A DNA stretch of 64,000 bases. It comes from Escherichia coli. Lineage in GTDB: Bacteria > Pseudomonadota > Gammaproteobacteria > Enterobacterales > Enterobacteriaceae. The position numbers and the translations under genes are program-made. Shown here in pieces: positions 15,003 through 26,710 of this stretch (position 1 is its first letter; each line of letters opens with the position of its first letter). The notes below the pieces were generated by a model that was given only the letters and a program-made list of their open reading frames with translations, did not search any database and was not told the DNA's origin. Location: assembly GCF_003334255.1 (NCBI RefSeq), contig NZ_QOWU01000004.1; one strand, given 5' to 3'.

Positions 15003-15635
15003 ATGGTGCTTGGCAAACCGCAAACAGACCCGACTCTCGAATGGTTCTTGTCTCATTGCCACATTCATAAGTACCCATCCAAGAGCACGCTTATTCACCA
15101 GGGTGAAAAAGCGGAAACGCTGTACTACATCGTTAAAGGCTCTGTGGCAGTGCTGATCAAAGACGAAGAGGGTAAAGAAATGATCCTCTCCTATCTGAAT
15201 CAGGGTGATTTTATTGGCGAACTGGGCCTGTTTGAAGAGGGCCAGGAACGTAGCGCATGGGTACGTGCGAAAACCGCCTGTGAAGTGGCTGAAATTTCGT
15301 ACAAAAAATTTCGCCAATTGATTCAGGTAAACCCGGACATTCTGATGCGTTTGTCTGCACAGATGGCGCGTCGTCTGCAAGTCACTTCAGAGAAAGTGGG
15401 CAACCTGGCGTTCCTCGACGTGACGGGCCGCATTGCACAGACTCTGCTGAATCTGGCAAAACAACCAGACGCTATGACTCACCCGGACGGTATGCAAATC
15501 AAAATTACCCGTCAGGAAATTGGTCAGATTGTCGGCTGTTCTCGTGAAACCGTGGGACGCATTCTGAAGATGCTGGAAGATCAGAACCTGATCTCCGCAC
15601 ACGGTAAAACCATCGTCGTTTACGGCACTCGTTAA
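15003..15635 (+). CDS. crp: cAMP receptor protein CRP (210 aa)
   Basis: ORF track; [50 protein letters not shown]...; C-terminal [23 protein letters not shown]. Confidence 0.98.
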
Positions 15636-15647
15636 TCCCGTCGGAGT

Positions 15648-15680
15648 GGCGCGTTACCTGGTAGCGCGCCATTTTGTTTC
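15648..15680 (+). terminator. Rho-independent terminator after crp
   Basis: Hairpin ggcgcgctacc/ggtagcgcgcc followed by ATTTTGTTT. Confidence 0.7.
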
Positions 15681-15685
15681 CCCCG

Positions 15686-17776
15686 ATGTGGCGCAGACTG
15701 ATTTATCACCCCGATATCAACTATGCACTTCGACAAACGCTGGTGCTATGTTTGCCCGTGGCCGTTGGGTTAATGCTTGGCGAATTACGATTCGGTCTGC
15801 TCTTCTCCCTCGTTCCTGCCTGTTGCAATATTGCGGGCCTTGATACGCCTCATAAACGTTTTTTCAAACGCTTAATCATTGGTGCGTCGCTGTTTGCCAC
15901 CTGTAGCTTGCTGACACAGCTACTACTGGCAAAAGATGTTCCCCTGCCCTTTTTGCTGACCGGATTAACGCTGGTACTTGGCGTCACTGCTGAGCTGGGG
16001 CCATTGCACGCAAAATTGCTTCCTGCATCGCTGCTCGCCGCCATTTTTACCCTCAGTTTGGCGGGATACATGCCGGTCTGGGAACCGTTGCTCATCTATG
16101 CGTTGGGCACTCTCTGGTACGGATTGTTTAACTGGTTTTGGTTCTGGATCTGGCGCGAACAACCGCTGCGCGAGTCACTAAGTCTGCTGTACCGTGAACT
16201 GGCAGATTATTGTGAAGCCAAATACAGCCTGCTTACCCAGCACACCGACCCTGAAAAAGCGCTGCCGCCGCTGCTGGTGCGCCAGCAAAAAGCGGTCGAT
16301 CTAATTACCCAGTGCTATCAGCAAATGCATATGCTTTCCGCGCAAAATAATACTGACTACAAGCGGATGCTGCGTATTTTCCAGGAGGCGCTGGATTTAC
16401 AGGAACATATTTCGGTCAGTTTGCATCAGCCGGAAGAGGTGCAAAAGCTGGTCGAGCGTAGCCATGCGGAAGAAGTTATCCGCTGGAATGCGCAAACCGT
16501 CGCCGCTCGCCTGCGCGTGCTGGCTGATGACATTCTTTACCATCGCCTGCCAACGCGTTTTACGATGGAAAAGCAAATTGGCGCACTGGAAAAAATCGCC
16601 CGCCAGCATCCGGATAATCCGGTTGGGCAATTCTGCTACTGGCATTTCAGCCGCATCGCCCGCGTGCTGCGCACCCAAAAACCGCTCTATGCCCGTGACT
16701 TACTGGCCGATAAACAGCGGCGAATGCCATTACTTCCGGCGCTGAAAAGTTATCTGTCACTAAAGTCTCCGGCGCTACGCAATGCCGGACGACTCAGTGT
16801 GATGTTAAGCGTTGCCAGCCTGATGGGCACCGCGCTGCATCTGCCGAAGTCGTACTGGATCCTGATGACGGTATTGCTGGTGACACAAAATGGCTATGGC
16901 GCAACCCGTCTGAGGATTGTGAATCGCTCCGTGGGAACCGTGGTCGGGTTAATCATTGCGGGCGTGGCGCTGCACTTTAAAATTCCCGAAGGTTACACCC
17001 TGACGTTGATGCTGATTACCACCCTCGCCAGCTACCTGATATTGCGCAAAAACTACGGCTGGGCGACGGTCGGTTTTACTATTACCGCAGTGTATACCCT
17101 GCAACTATTGTGGTTGAACGGCGAGCAATACATCCTTCCGCGTCTTATCGATACCATTATTGGTTGTTTAATTGCTTTCGGCGGTACTGTCTGGCTGTGG
17201 CCGCAGTGGCAGAGCGGGTTATTGCGTAAAAACGCCCATGATGCTTTAGAAGCCTATCAGGAAGCGATTCGCTTGATTCTTAGCGAGGATCCGCAACCTA
17301 CGCCACTGGCCTGGCAGCGAATGCGGGTAAATCAGGCACATAACACTCTGTATAACTCATTGAATCAGGCGATGCAGGAACCGGCGTTTAACAGCCATTA
17401 TCTGGCAGATATGAAACTGTGGGTAACGCACAGCCAGTTTATTGTTGAGCATATTAATGCCATGACCACGCTGGCGCGGGAACACCGGGCATTGCCACCT
17501 GAACTGGCACAAGAGTATTTACAGTCTTGTGAAATCGCCATTCAGCGTTGTCAGCAGCGACTGGAGTATGACGAACCGGGTAGTTCTGGCGATGCCAATA
17601 TCATGGATGCGCCGGAGATGCAGCCGCACGAAGGCGCGGCAGGTACGCTGGAGCAGCATTTACAGCGGGTTATTGGTCATCTGAACACCATGCACACCAT
17701 TTCGTCGATGGCATGGCGTCAGCGACCGCATCACGGGATTTGGCTGAGTCGCAAGTTGCGGGATTCGAAGGCGTAA
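15686..17776 (+). CDS. yhfK: Putative efflux-type inner-membrane transporter YhfK (~696 aa; ORF could begin at TTG 15674)
   Basis: ORF track 15674..17776; ATG at 15686 gives MWRRLIYHPDINYALRQTLVL...; many hydrophobic segments in both halves. Confidence 0.85.
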   Translation: MWRRLIYHPDINYALRQTLVLCLPVAVGLMLGELRFGLLFSLVPACCNIAGLDTPHKRFFKRLIIGASLFATCSLLTQLLLAKDVPLPFLLTGLTLVLGVTAELGPLHAKLLPASLLAAIFTLSLAGYMPVWEPLLIYALGTLWYGLFNWFWFWIWREQPLRESLSLLYRELADYCEAKYSLLTQHTDPEKALPPLLVRQQKAVDLITQCYQQMHMLSAQNNTDYKRMLRIFQEALDLQEHISVSLHQPEEVQKLVERSHAEEVIRWNAQTVAARLRVLADDILYHRLPTRFTMEKQIGALEKIARQHPDNPVGQFCYWHFSRIARVLRTQKPLYARDLLADKQRRMPLLPALKSYLSLKSPALRNAGRLSVMLSVASLMGTALHLPKSYWILMTVLLVTQNGYGATRLRIVNRSVGTVVGLIIAGVALHFKIPEGYTLTLMLITTLASYLILRKNYGWATVGFTITAVYTLQLLWLNGEQYILPRLIDTIIGCLIAFGGTVWLWPQWQSGLLRKNAHDALEAYQEAIRLILSEDPQPTPLAWQRMRVNQAHNTLYNSLNQAMQEPAFNSHYLADMKLWVTHSQFIVEHINAMTTLAREHRALPPELAQEYLQSCEIAIQRCQQRLEYDEPGSSGDANIMDAPEMQPHEGAAGTLEQHLQRVIGHLNTMHTISSMAWRQRPHHGIWLSRKLRDSKA

Positions 17777-17789
17777 TGCAGGCTAAACC

Positions 17790-19078
<1,289 letters not shown>

Positions 19079-19148
19079 TTACGCATAAACAAATGTGAAA
19101 TTATAACCACAAAATATGCATAAAAAATCACTAAATGGCAATCAGAAA

Positions 19149-19712
19149 TCAGCGATGCAGGAAATTAGCCAGCAGTTGATGTCCTTGTTCGCTAAGAATA
19201 CTTTCTGGATGGAACTGCACACCTTCCAGATCCCACTGGCGATGGCGAATCCCCATAATCTCGCGGGTTTCGCTCCAGGCCGTCACGTCAAAGCACGCTG
19301 GTAATGAGTCAGGTTCCACCACCAGCGAATGGTAGCGTGTCACGGTAAGTGGATTTGCCAGCCCCCGAAATACGCCCTCACCGTTATGTGTAATCGGCGA
19401 GGTTTTGCCGTGCATGACCTTTGCGGCGCGCACAACTTTACCGCCAAATGCCTGCGCCATTGCCTGATGACCGAGGCAGACGCCAAGAATCGGCAAGCGC
19501 CCGGCATAGTGGCGAATAACGTCAAGGGAGATCCCGGCTTCATCTGGCGTACAGGGGCCAGGTGAGATGACAATTTTTTGTGGTTTAAGGGCGTCGATAT
19601 CCGCCAGCGTCAACGCATCGTTGCGCTTAACCAGCACATCCGCCCCCAGTTCACAAAAGTACTGGTAGAGGTTCCAGGTAAAAGAATCGTAGTTATCTAT
19701 AAGCAGGATCAT
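19149..19712 (-). CDS. pabA: Aminodeoxychorismate synthase glutamine amidotransferase subunit PabA (187 aa)
   Basis: ORF track; [19 protein letters not shown]...; catalytic GVCLGHQ Cys motif. Confidence 0.95.
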   Translation of the reverse strand: MILLIDNYDSFTWNLYQYFCELGADVLVKRNDALTLADIDALKPQKIVISPGPCTPDEAGISLDVIRHYAGRLPILGVCLGHQAMAQAFGGKVVRAAKVMHGKTSPITHNGEGVFRGLANPLTVTRYHSLVVEPDSLPACFDVTAWSETREIMGIRHRQWDLEGVQFHPESILSEQGHQLLANFLHR

Positions 19713-19743
19713 GGCGGCTCCGGTACAAAAGAACCGCGCTATT

Positions 19744-20346
19744 TTACTCAGATTCCCCGGCTTCGCTTACCACTTTGCTAAATATCATCTGCAGTGCGGT
19801 GAGATCCCCCATTGCCCCACTCTGATTTGCCTGATTCCAGGCCTCTTTTTCGATACCCTGCCAGCTCAGTTGATATCCGGCATGAATCGCCAGTTGCTCG
19901 AAGAAGATCCGCTGTGCCAGACCACTTCCCACCCGGAAGGGATGCAGCACGTTGATTTCACAATAGTAATGCGCCAGCCGCTCGACGAACTTCGCTTTCT
20001 CCAGGCCAACCAGATAACCTTCTTCCTCCAGATCCTGCATCAGGGCATTGCCCTCTTTTTCGATATAAGCAAAGTGGCAGAACGGCGTATCACCCTGATA
20101 AATATCAACTTCACGCAGTTGCCCTGCCCAGTCGAAAATATCCTGATACAGCTGGCGATGGATAGTTCGCAAATGCGGTAAACCGCGCACCAGCGGACCA
20201 AGCTCAATGGTCGCAGCACGCAGCGCCGTCATTTCGTAAGCGGCCTGTTCCAGCCGCTGCTGCTGGCGGATGTTCAGCCGGTTACGCATGATATCAAGGC
20301 CTGGATAAAGATACGGATCGCGCCCTTCGCCGAATTTATCGCTCAT
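19744..20346 (-). CDS. fic: Fic-domain protein (200 aa) with non-canonical FIC motif [12 protein letters not shown]
   Basis: ORF track; G55 present in PLVRG; motif at residues 135-146. Confidence 0.93.
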
Positions 20347-20503
20347 AGTGACTCCTCAGCTCTTCAAGGCGCGCTAAAGCCTCTGCGGCAGTAAGAGTGA
20401 CTAAAGGCATCTCGACGCCTTCAAGACGGCGACTGGCCTGAAAATTACGATTACGCTGAAGCTCCCAGAGACGGGACTTTTGCTTATCGGTGAGTTTCTT
20501 CAC
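20336..20503 (-). CDS. yhfG: Small Fic-associated protein YhfG (55 aa), antitoxin-like, GTG start
   Basis: Manual translation of minus strand: GGAGG RBS then [58 protein letters not shown]; stop overlaps fic start by 11 nt; below the 60-aa cut-off of the ORF track. Confidence 0.8.
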
Positions 20504-20576
20504 TTGATGCCTCCCTGAACGTGTCCATTTGCCACAAGTATAAGCGGCAAATCCGGGTTACGCCGGGAGAGCAGAA

Positions 20577-20598
20577 GCGCGGGCAAGATTGCCCGCGC
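20577..20598. other. GC-rich hairpin downstream of ppiA (possible terminator)
   Basis: gcgcgggcaagattgcccgcgc inverted repeat; no strong T-run, so terminator function uncertain. Confidence 0.35.
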
Positions 20599-20607
20599 GA
20601 GAAATCA

Positions 20608-21189
<582 letters not shown>

Positions 21190-21310
21190 TTAACAAACAG
21201 AGCAGAAAAAAAGCAAGTGAAGAGATTCTAAATAGCCTTCAAGAACAAGGCCATCCCTTTACCTAATTTTACGTATCTGAAATATATGTAACCTGACGAT
21301 CACTTTTTAT

Positions 21311-21330
21311 TCCGTGATCAAAATCACCTC
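21311..21330. promoter_or_regulatory. CRP-like binding site in the ppiA-tsgA divergent region
   Basis: cGTGAtcaaaaTCACc fits TGTGA-N6-TCACA; 14-bp palindrome GTGATcaaaATCAC. Confidence 0.5.
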
Positions 21331-21450
21331 TTAAAATGCAATTTAGCAACCGATTGCAATAAAACATTTAAACAGATCACAAAATCACCTAAAATCGCCC
21401 GCTCGCGGCATATCCCGCTATGCCATTTTATTTTTGAACGCAGGCCAATC

Positions 21451-22632
21451 ATGACTAACAGCAATCGCATCAAGCTCACATGGATTAGCTTTCTCTCCTA
21501 CGCACTGACTGGTGCGTTGGTTATTGTCACCGGGATGGTGATGGGAAATATCGCCGATTATTTCAATCTGCCTGTTTCCAGTATGAGTAATACCTTCACC
21601 TTCCTCAACGCCGGCATTTTAATCTCTATCTTCCTCAACGCCTGGCTGATGGAAATCGTCCCGTTGAAAACGCAGTTACGTTTTGGCTTTCTCCTGATGG
21701 TGCTGGCGGTTGCCGGTTTGATGTTCAGCCACAGCCTGGCGCTGTTCTCGGCGGCGATGTTCATTCTCGGGGTGGTCAGCGGCATCACCATGTCGATTGG
21801 TACATTCCTGGTAACACAAATGTATGAAGGGCGTCAGCGCGGTTCCCGCCTGTTATTTACCGACTCCTTCTTCAGTATGGCTGGGATGATTTTCCCAATG
21901 ATCGCCGCGTTTCTACTGGCGCGCAGCATTGAGTGGTACTGGGTTTATGCCTGCATCGGGCTGGTGTATGTCGCTATTTTTATTCTGACCTTCGGCTGTG
22001 AGTTCCCGGCGCTGGGCAAACATGCGCCAAAAACGGATGCTCCGGTAGAGAAAGAAAAGTGGGGGATCGGCGTACTGTTTCTCTCTGTTGCGGCGTTGTG
22101 CTACATCCTCGGTCAGTTAGGTTTTATCTCCTGGGTGCCTGAGTATGCCAAAGGCCTGGGCATGAGCCTGAACGACGCGGGCACGCTGGTGAGTAACTTC
22201 TGGATGTCATACATGGTCGGCATGTGGGCGTTCAGCTTTATTCTTCGCTTCTTTGATTTGCAACGCATTCTGACCGTACTGGCTGGTCTGGCTGCGATTC
22301 TGATGTACGTCTTTAACACCGGAACACCAGCACATATGGCGTGGTCAATTCTCGCTCTGGGCTTCTTCTCCAGCGCGATCTATACCACCATCATCACCCT
22401 GGGTTCACAGCAGACCAAAGTACCGTCGCCAAAACTGGTTAACTTTGTCCTGACCTGCGGAACCATCGGTACTATGTTGACCTTTGTGGTTACCGGCCCG
22501 ATCGTTGAACATAGCGGTCCGCAGGCGGCACTGCTTACAGCAAACGGTCTGTACGCTGTCGTCTTTGTGATGTGCTTCCTGTTAGGTTTCGTCAGCCGTC
22601 ACCGTCAGCATAACACCCTGACCTCTCATTAA
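21451..22632 (+). CDS. tsgA: MFS-type transporter TsgA (393 aa)
   Basis: ORF track; 12 predicted hydrophobic segments; [26 protein letters not shown]... Confidence 0.92.
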
Positions 22633-22640
22633 TTGCTCAT

Positions 22641-22680
22641 GCCGGACGGCACTATCGTCGTCCGGCCTTTTCCTCTCTTC
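22641..22680 (+). terminator. Rho-independent terminator after tsgA
   Basis: Hairpin gccggacggcactatcgtcgtccggc followed by CTTTTCCTCTCTTCC. Confidence 0.65.
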
Positions 22681-22792
22681 CCCCGCTACGTGCATCTATT
22701 TCTATAAACCCGCTCATTTTGTCTATTTTTTGCACAAACATGAAATATCAGACAATTCCGTGACTTAAGAAAATTTATACAAATCAGCAATA

Positions 22793-22808
22793 TACCCATT
22801 AAGGAGTA
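22793..22808 (+). promoter_or_regulatory. NarL/NarP 7-2-7 binding site of the nir promoter
   Basis: TACCCAT-ta-AGGAGTA matches the TACYYMT-nn-AKRRGTA heptamer pair; centred 28 bp upstream of the FNR box. Confidence 0.75.
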
Positions 22809-22821
22809 TATAAAGGTGAAT

Positions 22822-22835
22822 TTGATTTACATCAA
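22822..22835 (+). promoter_or_regulatory. FNR box of the nir promoter
   Basis: Perfect TTGATttacATCAA (TTGAT-N4-ATCAA) ~60-70 bp upstream of nirB start. Confidence 0.85.
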
Positions 22836-22893
22836 TAAGCGGGGTTGCTGAATCGTTAAGGTAGGCGGTAATAGAAAAGAAATCGAGGCAAAA

Positions 22894-25437
22894 ATGAGCA
22901 AAGTCAGACTCGCAATTATCGGTAACGGTATGGTCGGCCATCGCTTTATCGAAGATCTTCTTGATAAATCTGATGCGGCCAACTTTGATATTACCGTTTT
23001 CTGTGAAGAACCGCGCATCGCTTATGACCGCGTACACCTCTCGTCTTACTTCTCTCACCACACCGCCGAAGAGCTGTCGCTGGTGCGCGAAGGCTTCTAC
23101 GAGAAACACGGCATCAAAGTTCTGGTCGGCGAACGCGCTATCACCATCAACCGTCAGGAGAAGGTGATTCACTCCAGCGCCGGACGTACCGTTTTTTATG
23201 ACAAGCTGATCATGGCAACCGGTTCCTACCCGTGGATCCCGCCAATCAAAGGTTCTGATACTCAGGACTGCTTTGTCTATCGCACTATTGAAGACCTCAA
23301 CGCCATTGAATCCTGCGCCCGTCGCAGCAAACGCGGTGCCGTTGTTGGTGGCGGCCTGTTAGGTCTGGAAGCCGCAGGCGCGCTGAAAAACTTAGGTATT
23401 GAAACCCACGTTATCGAATTTGCCCCTATGCTGATGGCAGAACAGCTTGATCAGATGGGCGGCGAGCAGCTGCGTCGCAAAATCGAAAGTATGGGCGTGC
23501 GCGTTCACACCAGCAAAAACACCCTTGAGATTGTGCAGGAAGGTGTTGAAGCGCGTAAAACCATGCGTTTTGCCGACGGCAGCGAACTGGAAGTCGACTT
23601 TATCGTCTTCTCTACCGGTATCCGTCCGCGCGATAAGCTGGCAACCCAGTGTGGTCTGGACGTTGCTCCGCGTGGGGGTATTGTCATTAATGATTCCTGC
23701 CAGACTTCCGATCCGGATATCTACGCCATCGGTGAATGCGCAAGCTGGAACAACCGTGTATTTGGTCTGGTAGCACCTGGCTACAAAATGGCGCAGGTCG
23801 CCGTTGACCATATTCTCGGTAGCGAAAACGCCTTTGAAGGTGCTGACCTTAGCGCCAAGCTGAAACTGCTGGGCGTAGACGTAGGCGGTATTGGTGATGC
23901 GCACGGTCGCACGCCTGGCGCACGTAGCTACGTTTACCTCGACGAAAGTAAAGAGATCTACAAACGCCTGATTGTCAGCGAAGACAACAAAACCCTGCTC
24001 GGTGCGGTACTGGTGGGCGATACCAGCGACTACGGTAACCTGCTGCAACTGGTGCTGAACGCTATCGAACTGCCGGAAAACCCGGATTCCCTGATCCTGC
24101 CAGCACACTCGGGTAGCGGCAAGCCGTCTATCGGTGTTGATAAACTGCCGGACAGCGCGCAAATCTGCTCCTGCTTCGACGTCACCAAAGGTGATCTGAT
24201 TGCTGCCATCAACAAAGGCTGCCACACAGTTGCGGCGCTGAAAGCTGAAACCAAAGCGGGTACTGGCTGCGGTGGCTGTATCCCGCTGGTCACTCAGGTA
24301 CTGAACGCGGAACTGGCGAAACAGGGCATCGAAGTTAACAACAACCTGTGCGAACACTTTGCTTATTCGCGTCAGGAACTGTTCCATTTGATCCGCGTTG
24401 AAGGCATTAAAACCTTCGAAGAACTGCTGGCGAAACACGGCAAAGGCTACGGTTGTGAAGTTTGTAAACCAACCGTCGGTTCGCTGCTGGCCTCCTGCTG
24501 GAACGAATACATTCTGAAGCCGGAACATACTCCGCTGCAGGATTCTAACGACAACTTCCTCGCTAACATCCAGAAAGACGGCACCTACTCGGTGATCCCG
24601 CGTTCTCCGGGCGGTGAAATCACCCCGGAAGGGCTGATGGCGGTAGGTCGTATCGCGCGTGAATTTAATCTCTACACCAAGATCACTGGCTCCCAGCGTC
24701 TGGCGATGTTTGGCGCACAGAAAGACGATCTGCCGGAGATCTGGCGTCAGCTGATTGAAGCCGGCTTCGAAACCGGTCATGCCTATGCGAAAGCACTGCG
24801 TATGGCGAAAACCTGCGTGGGTAGCACCTGGTGCCGCTACGGCGTTGGCGACAGCGTCGGCCTCGGCGTGGAACTGGAAAACCGCTACAAAGGCATCCGT
24901 ACGCCGCACAAAATGAAGTTCGGTGTCTCCGGCTGTACCCGTGAATGTTCAGAAGCTCAGGGTAAAGACGTGGGTATTATCGCCACTGAAAAAGGCTGGA
25001 ACCTGTATGTTTGCGGTAACGGCGGCATGAAACCGCGTCATGCGGATCTGCTGGCGGCGGATATCGATCGCGAAACGCTGATCAAATATCTCGACCGCTT
25101 CATGATGTTCTACATCCGTACTGCCGACAAACTGACGCGTACCGCACCGTGGTTAGAAAACCTCGAAGGCGGCATCGATTACCTGAAAGCAGTGATCATT
25201 GACGACAAACTGGGGCTGAACGCACATCTGGAAGAAGAGATGGCGCGCCTGCGTGAAGCGGTACTGTGTGAGTGGACTGAAACGGTCAATACGCCGTCTG
25301 CGCAGACTCGCTTCAAACACTTCATCAACAGCGACAAGCGTGACCCGAACGTGCAGATGGTGCCAGAGCGCGAACAGCACCGTCCGGCAACGCCGTATGA
25401 ACGTATCCCAGTAACTCTGGTGGAGGACAACGCATGA
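22894..25437 (+). CDS. nirB: NADH-dependent nitrite reductase large subunit NirB (847 aa)
   Basis: ORF track; N-terminal FAD/NAD fold IIGNGMVGHRF; sirohaem/Fe-S Cys cluster in C-terminal half. Confidence 0.97.
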   Translation: MSKVRLAIIGNGMVGHRFIEDLLDKSDAANFDITVFCEEPRIAYDRVHLSSYFSHHTAEELSLVREGFYEKHGIKVLVGERAITINRQEKVIHSSAGRTVFYDKLIMATGSYPWIPPIKGSDTQDCFVYRTIEDLNAIESCARRSKRGAVVGGGLLGLEAAGALKNLGIETHVIEFAPMLMAEQLDQMGGEQLRRKIESMGVRVHTSKNTLEIVQEGVEARKTMRFADGSELEVDFIVFSTGIRPRDKLATQCGLDVAPRGGIVINDSCQTSDPDIYAIGECASWNNRVFGLVAPGYKMAQVAVDHILGSENAFEGADLSAKLKLLGVDVGGIGDAHGRTPGARSYVYLDESKEIYKRLIVSEDNKTLLGAVLVGDTSDYGNLLQLVLNAIELPENPDSLILPAHSGSGKPSIGVDKLPDSAQICSCFDVTKGDLIAAINKGCHTVAALKAETKAGTGCGGCIPLVTQVLNAELAKQGIEVNNNLCEHFAYSRQELFHLIRVEGIKTFEELLAKHGKGYGCEVCKPTVGSLLASCWNEYILKPEHTPLQDSNDNFLANIQKDGTYSVIPRSPGGEITPEGLMAVGRIAREFNLYTKITGSQRLAMFGAQKDDLPEIWRQLIEAGFETGHAYAKALRMAKTCVGSTWCRYGVGDSVGLGVELENRYKGIRTPHKMKFGVSGCTRECSEAQGKDVGIIATEKGWNLYVCGNGGMKPRHADLLAADIDRETLIKYLDRFMMFYIRTADKLTRTAPWLENLEGGIDYLKAVIIDDKLGLNAHLEEEMARLREAVLCEWTETVNTPSAQTRFKHFINSDKRDPNVQMVPEREQHRPATPYERIPVTLVEDNA

Positions 25438-25760
25438 GCCAGTGGAAAGACATCTGCAAAATCGATGACATCCTGCCTGAAACCGGCGTCTGCGCGCTGT
25501 TAGGTGACGAGCAGGTCGCGATTTTCCGCCCGTATCACAGCGATCAGGTGTTTGCGATCAGCAACATCGACCCGTTCTTCGAGTCCAGCGTGCTGTCACG
25601 CGGACTGATTGCGGAACACCAGGGCGAGCTGTGGGTCGCCAGCCCGCTGAAAAAACAGCGTTTTCGCTTAAGCGACGGCTTGTGCATGGAAGACGAACAG
25701 TTTTCCGTCAAACATTACGAAGCGCGAGTGAAAGACGGCGTGGTGCAGCTGCGCGGTTAA
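25434..25760 (+). CDS. nirD: Nitrite reductase small subunit NirD (108 aa, Rieske-like fold)
   Basis: ORF track; MSQWKDICKIDDILPETGVCALLGDEQVAIFRPY...; start overlaps nirB stop. Confidence 0.95.
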   Translation: MSQWKDICKIDDILPETGVCALLGDEQVAIFRPYHSDQVFAISNIDPFFESSVLSRGLIAEHQGELWVASPLKKQRFRLSDGLCMEDEQFSVKHYEARVKDGVVQLRG

Positions 25761-25769
25761 TGTTTTAAC

Positions 25770-25795
25770 GGGAGGCGCAATGCCTCCCCTTTTTG
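25770..25795 (+). terminator. Intra-operon hairpin + T-tract between nirD and nirC (candidate attenuator/partial terminator)
   Basis: gggaggcgcaatgcctccc followed by CTTTTTG; then a ~50-bp T-rich tract before the nirC RBS. Confidence 0.55.
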
Positions 25796-25885
25796 CATGG
25801 TCCTGTAATAATCTTCGGTATATTGCAGGACATTTTTTAAACTTTTTGTTTTATTTTTTGTTTTTATTTTTTAAAGGATAATCAA

Positions 25886-26692
25886 ATGTTTACAGACACT
25901 ATTAATAAGTGTGCGGCTAACGCTGCGCGCATTGCACGCCTGTCGGCAAATAACCCGCTCGGCTTTTGGGTCAGCTCCGCCATGGCGGGCGCGTATGTGG
26001 GTCTTGGGATCATCCTGATTTTCACGCTCGGTAATTTGCTCGATCCATCCGTACGCCCTTTGGTGATGGGCGCGACCTTTGGTATCGCCTTAACGCTGGT
26101 GATTATCGCCGGTTCTGAACTGTTCACCGGACACACCATGTTCCTCACCTTTGGGGTAAAAGCGGGCAGCATCAGCCACGGGCAAATGTGGGCAATCCTG
26201 CCGCAAACCTGGCTGGGTAACCTGGTCGGTTCCGTCTTCGTTGCCATGCTCTATAGCTGGGGCGGCGGTAGCCTGCTGCCGGTAGATACCAGCATCGTTC
26301 ACTCCGTCGCGCTGGCTAAAACCACTGCACCGGCAATGGTACTCTTCTTCAAAGGTGCATTGTGTAACTGGCTGGTTTGCCTGGCAATCTGGATGGCGCT
26401 GCGCACTGAAGGGGCGGCGAAATTTATCGCTATCTGGTGGTGTCTGCTGGCATTTATCGCGTCCGGCTACGAGCACTCTATCGCTAACATGACGCTGTTC
26501 GCGCTCTCCTGGTTCGGCAACCACAGCGAAGCCTACACGCTGGCGGGTATTGGTCATAACCTGCTGTGGGTGACGCTGGGTAATACTTTATCAGGTGCCG
26601 TATTCATGGGATTGGGTTATTGGTATGCTACGCCGAAAGCGAATCGTCCGGTTGCGGACAAATTTAATCAAACTGAAACGGCTGCCGGTTAA
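25886..26692 (+). CDS. nirC: Nitrite transporter NirC (FNT family, 268 aa)
   Basis: ORF track; formate/nitrite transporter-like hydrophobic profile. Confidence 0.95.
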   Translation: MFTDTINKCAANAARIARLSANNPLGFWVSSAMAGAYVGLGIILIFTLGNLLDPSVRPLVMGATFGIALTLVIIAGSELFTGHTMFLTFGVKAGSISHGQMWAILPQTWLGNLVGSVFVAMLYSWGGGSLLPVDTSIVHSVALAKTTAPAMVLFFKGALCNWLVCLAIWMALRTEGAAKFIAIWWCLLAFIASGYEHSIANMTLFALSWFGNHSEAYTLAGIGHNLLWVTLGNTLSGAVFMGLGYWYATPKANRPVADKFNQTETAAG

Positions 26693-26710
26693 TTACTAAG
26701 GGGTTTTTAC

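Noticed and set aside
15674-15685. TTG start giving a 700-aa YhfK
   Set aside because: It would begin inside the crp terminator hairpin with no RBS. The ATG at 15686 is preferred, though neither start has a strong Shine-Dalgarno.
23392-24909. 505-aa ORF on the minus strand
   Set aside because: Antisense to nirB; no RBS or recognisable motif; nirB on the plus strand is clearly the real gene.
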